Below are positions 59,580 through 64,000 of a stretch of 64,000 nt of DNA, piece by piece; the first letter of the stretch is position 1, and the number at the start of each line of letters is the position of its first letter. The notes below the pieces were generated by a model that was not told the DNA's origin, ran no database searches, and saw only the letters and a list, made by a program, of their open reading frames with translations. The translations under genes and the position numbers were made by a program. Origin of the DNA: Azolla caroliniana (lineage: Eukaryota; Plantae; Polypodiophyta). Where the stretch lies: NCBI GenBank assembly GCA_043228905.1, contig JBHGNT010000007.1, forward strand, positions 16,492,001 to 16,556,000. The letters run 5' to 3'.

Positions 59580-62308
59580 ACGGGTCGGCAAGCATCGGAG
59601 TTGTAGTAGCGGTGGAGCTGAATTGGGCCTGATGAGCAGATAAGCCGACCGAGGAGGTTGAGGTGCGTAGAACTAGAGGGGTCGCGACAAATAGGACCGG
59701 ACCGGACGAGGAGCGCGAGGGAGGCAGAGCGACGCCAGAGGTAGCCGAGAGGAAGGACCAGCTGCCACGAACACTCACACCGCAATCCAACCTCAAGTTG
59801 AGCTTGAGGGGGAGTGTCGAGCGGCAAGCTCAATCGGTTGAATAAGCCTAAGCCGGATCGGTACCTGGTTGGTATCCGGAAGTAACCGGCCGGATTAGCG
59901 AGACGGATCAGTGAGCCCGTGAGCTGAACTCAAGCACTAACCGGAAGCCTAGTAGTAGCATAGGTTACTAGGTATTCATTGTCTTGTAGCTAGTGTCAGT
60001 TGCACGTAGGAACATTGAAGTACATTGTACTTCTGTCAGTCCCTCAAGGACTTGTATAAATAGTGTTATTGAGCACATTGTATGTACAGAGAAACATACA
60101 GAGTGTTATTATTTTTTAATCTAAGATTTTGCGTTCTGCTCTCTCTGTCTCTCCCTCTCTCGTTTACGCATATCTTCTGAGTGTTGAGTTTTGCTAATCT
60201 AGCTTTCTTCTTGTTTGTTGCTACCTGGCAAGCCAGTCTTGTCTAATGCTTCCGCACTAAAGTTTTCACAAAAGGAAAAGAGAATCTCATATGTAGGTTA
60301 AGGAAAAGCTTGTATGGGCTGAAGCAAGCCCCACGACAATGGTATAAGAAATTTGAGTCGTTCATGTTGGAACATGGATTCCACAAAACACAAGCCGATC
60401 CTTGTGTATTTGTGAAAAGGTATGATGAAGGTGATTTTCTGATCCTTTTGTTGTATGTGGATGACATGCTGGTTGTTAGAAAAAATGTTAAAAAGATTGC
60501 AAGCTTGAAGAAAGCTTTGAGCAAACCTTTTGCCATGAAAGACTTAGGACCGGCAAAATAGATTTTGGGAATGCATATAGTCCAGGACAGGACTAAGAAC
60601 ATGCTATGGCTGTCACAAGAGAAATATGTGACAAAAGTTTTGCAAAGATTTAACATGTACAATGCAAAATCTGTTGGATCTCCGTTGCCGGTGAATTGTA
60701 AGTTAAATTCAGGACAATGTCCGAAAACTGAGAAAGATAGGCAGAGATGAGAAGAGTGTCATATGCCTCGGCTGTTGGGAGCCTAATGTATGTTATGGTC
60801 CGTATGAGGCCAAACATTGCATTTGTTGTTGGGACAGTTAGTCGCTACATGAGCAATCATTGAAAGGAACATTGGGCAGCCGTAAAATGGATACTCAGAT
60901 ATCTCAAAGGTACTTCAAGTCTATGTCTTAGATATGGCTCGGGAAACCTATGCTCAAAGGTTTCACAGATTCTAATATGTCGGGAGATGTAGACTCCAGT
61001 CGATCCAGATCATGGTATGTGATGACTTATTTAGGGGAAGCTGTGTCATGGCAATCAAGGCTATGGCTTTGTCAACCATAGAGGTTGAGTATATGACTGC
61101 AGTGGAAGCCGGAAAAGAATTGATTTGGATGAGAGATTTTTTAAGCGAACTAGGAATGAAGCAAGAAAAGTTCTTACTTCATTGTGATAACTAGAGTGTT
61201 ATACATCTTGTGAAAAATGTTGCCTATCACTCCCGTACAAAGCACATTCAAAGAAAGTATCATTGGTTGCAAGAGAGAGTGGAAGAAAATGAGTTTATCT
61301 TAGCGAAGATCCATACTAACGAAAATGGAACAGACATGCTTACTAAAATCTTGTCTATGGAAAAACTTGTTGCATGCCGACAAAGGACTCGTTTGGTTGA
61401 CTCTCCCCTTACAGGAGTGAAGGGGGAGTTTGTTATGTAGATAGTCCCTCCTTGTGGGGGAATGGGCCGAAAAGCCGACTCGAGAGTCAGCTGGCCGAAA
61501 TCGGTTGAGAAGCTGAAATGAGTCGGCTGACCGAAATCGGTTGAGAAGCCAAAACAAGAGTCGGCAAGCCGAATCCTATCAGAAAGTCGAAACAAGAGTC
61601 TGCTAACCGATTCGGTCAGAAAGCCGAAATGGTATTTGGTCGAATGGGAGTTGATTGAATAGAACTTCGAACGAACACACACACACACACACACACACAT
61701 ATATGGGATGAGTTAGTATATATAGTGAGAGGCAAACTAGTTGCGTTTGTATGTGGGATAAGGAGTAAAAACAGTGAGAAAAAGTGTGAAAGAAAACTCA
61801 AGTAAGTGAGTGTGTGAGGAGCTAGAAAACACGTTGCAAGAGAAGAGTAACACTGAGAACGACAGAGAGCTAACACAATAGTGGTTGTGAGAGTGACATA
61901 GCTTGAGAAGATGAGTGTGAGAGGAAGAAAGAAGAGTGCAACAGAAAGGAAGAGAGACAAAACAGAGAAGCTTTGGAAGCTTCGAAAGAGATAGATACCT
62001 ACGAGCTCGGGTTTGGTGCACTCGGCTGAAATTGTGATTTCAAAGTACATCCATACCAGATCAGGTTCTATCATTCTGTGATTGTATTTCATCTTATCTC
62101 TTAGTGGAAATTTCTGTTCACCATGGTTTTTCCTTGAAAGTAGGGTTTTCCATGTAAATCGGGTGTTGTCTGTTTTCGTTCATTTTGTGACTCTATATAT
62201 TTGTGGTTTGTGTCTGACTGTAAAATTTAACAGAAAGAAACAATTCAAAAGAAAGAAGGCCTAAGAAAGACAGAAGAGACAGACATAGATTGCATGTATG
62301 TATGTATG

Positions 62309-62586
62309 CATAGTATGAACCATACATGCATTCGCATTTGCGAATGATTGAACCATTCGCGAAAGATAAACACCCTCAAAGAATGATAAATACCATACTT
62401 TTGGATTAACTACTTATTATGAGGTAAATAAACCTAAAAAAGGGGAAAAAGGAAAGAAAAAAAACCTTTAAAAAATGCGAAAGAAACCCCAAAAAAACGC
62501 AAGAATGTTTCAATAACATTCGCATTCGTTTTCCAACGTTGGAAAACGAATCTTATGCTAGATGAACATGAATTTTACATACTATG
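62309..62586. mobile_element. MITE (hAT-like) inserted in a (TATG)n microsatellite
   Basis: TIRs CATAGTATG...CATACTATG, with TATGTATG on both sides. Internal ATTCGC/GCGAAT repeats and a 28-bp palindrome. Confidence 0.6.
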
Positions 62587-63199
62587 TATGTATGTATGTA
62601 TGTGTGTATCCATGCATGCATGTGTCTATTTGCACCTAAATCATAAAGAGGCCTGCTGAGCACGATCTAGATAAAAAAAATATGCGAATAAAAAAACTGT
62701 CGAAAACTAGCTATGAGACTATGACACCTGCTGTCACCTGACTACTCGTGACTCACTCGACTCTCACAAAGCAAGAGTTGTATTCAAATCAGTCACCCGA
62801 CCAACTTAGAGGCAAGACACCCAACTCGAATGCACACATCAAAAACTACCCAAAATGTAAGTCTTAAATTTTCTTTTTCACATCAGACCATAGACAATAT
62901 GCGGTCAATATGCATCATTTCCACCAAAATCTTCCAATTACATTGAACTTAAAAATCAAAAACTCAAATTTTAAAATAACAAATCAACTTAAGACAAAAT
63001 GAAAACTTAAAAGTTAAAAGCTAAAATAATAAACCAGCTCAAAACTTAAAATTTAGACAAACTTAAAACTTAAACCTTCAAATGACAAATCAACTTAAGA
63101 CTTAACAATTTTCCCACCACAAAACATTCTATGCATCAAAAATTACACAAAACAAAAGTTCCTAAACTAAGATGATGAAAACTAAAGCCAAGATTATGG

Positions 63200-64000
63200 C
63201 TCATGTGGGGATGATGGCAAGATGCAGCAACAATTCTGGCAGCAATTAGCATTGAAGTCCGTTGATGTCAAGGTCAAGCCATTGCAATACAAGCATTGAA
63301 GCTTCTCCCTCTCACATATTTTAAAAATAAAAAAAAACATATCCTTCCATTAGTTAAAAAAACCATATCAGCTACAAAATACAGAATGATGGAAAGGAGA
63401 TGATTATCCTTCCCCAACCCGTCTTGTGTAAGACACTAGCTAGCCATGAATCCTTCTTTTGATAGACTTGATTGAACACTTCTTCAATAATTGAAACATA
63501 CCGTGAATTTGCCATATGTTCAAACCAAATCAATGTTCCTCATCATGTTTATATTCAACATCTCCCAATACCACCTTTGGGTCATCACATGCATCCAATA
63601 TACCCCCACATTTACAAATTATGACCAAGCATCCTCTATTTTCCATATTTAACGTAAAACTCAATCAAAGAATTATGGTATAGAGGTCATTTTGTATGTC
63701 TCGATCCATGATTCCAACATGTATAAACATGCCGTCATGTACAACCATGTGATCAATACCCACTTTAAGGGATCTTAACCCTTCGAACAGTTTATATGCA
63801 TCTGATAACCTTCCACATGTTGCCTGCAAATCAACAATGCTTCACGACACCATCCATGACATAAAAAGAAACGGACTTCTTTCGAATGCATACATTAGAG
63901 CATCCCCCTCCACCTATCTCAATGAATCCATAACAGTTAACATATCCCCATGTTTCATATCGGTGGAGGAAATACCCAGAGAGGTGGCTGATACCTCTAT
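63200..64000 (-). pseudogene. Degraded PPR-like pseudogene fragment (tentative)
   Basis: Minus-strand remnants IVDLQATCGRLSDAYKLFEGL (~63840-63775) and CLVIICKCG (~63630-63605) resemble the S-motif LVDMYAKCGxLxDAxxLF. No long ORF. Confidence 0.35.

Larger units (their letters stand above)
46211..60270 (+). mobile_element. Copia (element D, sister of C) inserted in the RT of element B; internally deleted and itself interrupted twice
   Basis: LTRs 46211-46689 and 59815-60270 with a perfect AAAGG TSD. PBS at 46690-46701 and PPT at 59803-59814. Most of gag/PR is deleted near 46807. The integrase is split at 47324/56085 and RT-RNaseH spans ~57000-58500. Confidence 0.93.
36811..62232 (+). mobile_element. 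Outer Copia LTR retrotransposon (element B, Tnt1/Tork-like pol), host of the nest
   Basis: The 5' LTR (36811-37449) lacks its first ~145 bp, and the PBS TGGTATCAAAGC is at 37453. The gag/PR region 37476-38733 has CFYCGKLGHF and WVVDSCASFH. Integrase/RT lies at 44579-46210 (LWHKRLGHMSE, YFVTFIDD) and RT/RNaseH at 60271-61410 (LLYVDDML, RTKHI). The PPT GGAGTGAAGGGGGAG is at ~61414-61428 and the 3' LTR at 61431-62232 (TG...CA). Confidence 0.9.

Noticed and set aside
61455-61630. Short repeats CCGAAATCGGTTGAGAAGC with spacers, superficially CRISPR-like
   Set aside because: These are degenerate U3 repeats of a Copia LTR in a eukaryotic context, with no cas genes.

Overview
Eukaryotic land-plant nuclear DNA. 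A fern-like source is inferred from the PLS-PPR style and the transposon lineages, not proven. The first ~27 kb holds five protein-coding genes. These are the 5' three exons of a MAP kinase (-), an intronless PLS-E class PPR protein (+), an intronless SOUL/heme-binding protein (+), a multi-exon DUF639-family gene (-) and an uncharacterised multi-exon coiled-coil gene (+). From ~27 kb onward the window is mostly retrotransposon. It has degraded Gypsy and Copia relics at 27-34 kb and a resolvable nest at 36.8-62.2 kb. In that nest an outer Copia carries two sister Copia elements in opposite orientations. One of these carries a tRNA-Trp-primed non-chromovirus Gypsy and a related solo LTR, both at 4-bp ACGG sites. 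The Gypsy 3' LTR carries a 5'-truncated LINE with an uninterrupted RT ORF, inserted in a (GA)n microsatellite. The best leads are the microsatellite-inserted LINE, the ACGG target coincidence, and a Copia family with a duplicated PPT and a conserved ~150-aa Pol C-terminal extension. All calls are by eye, without database searches.
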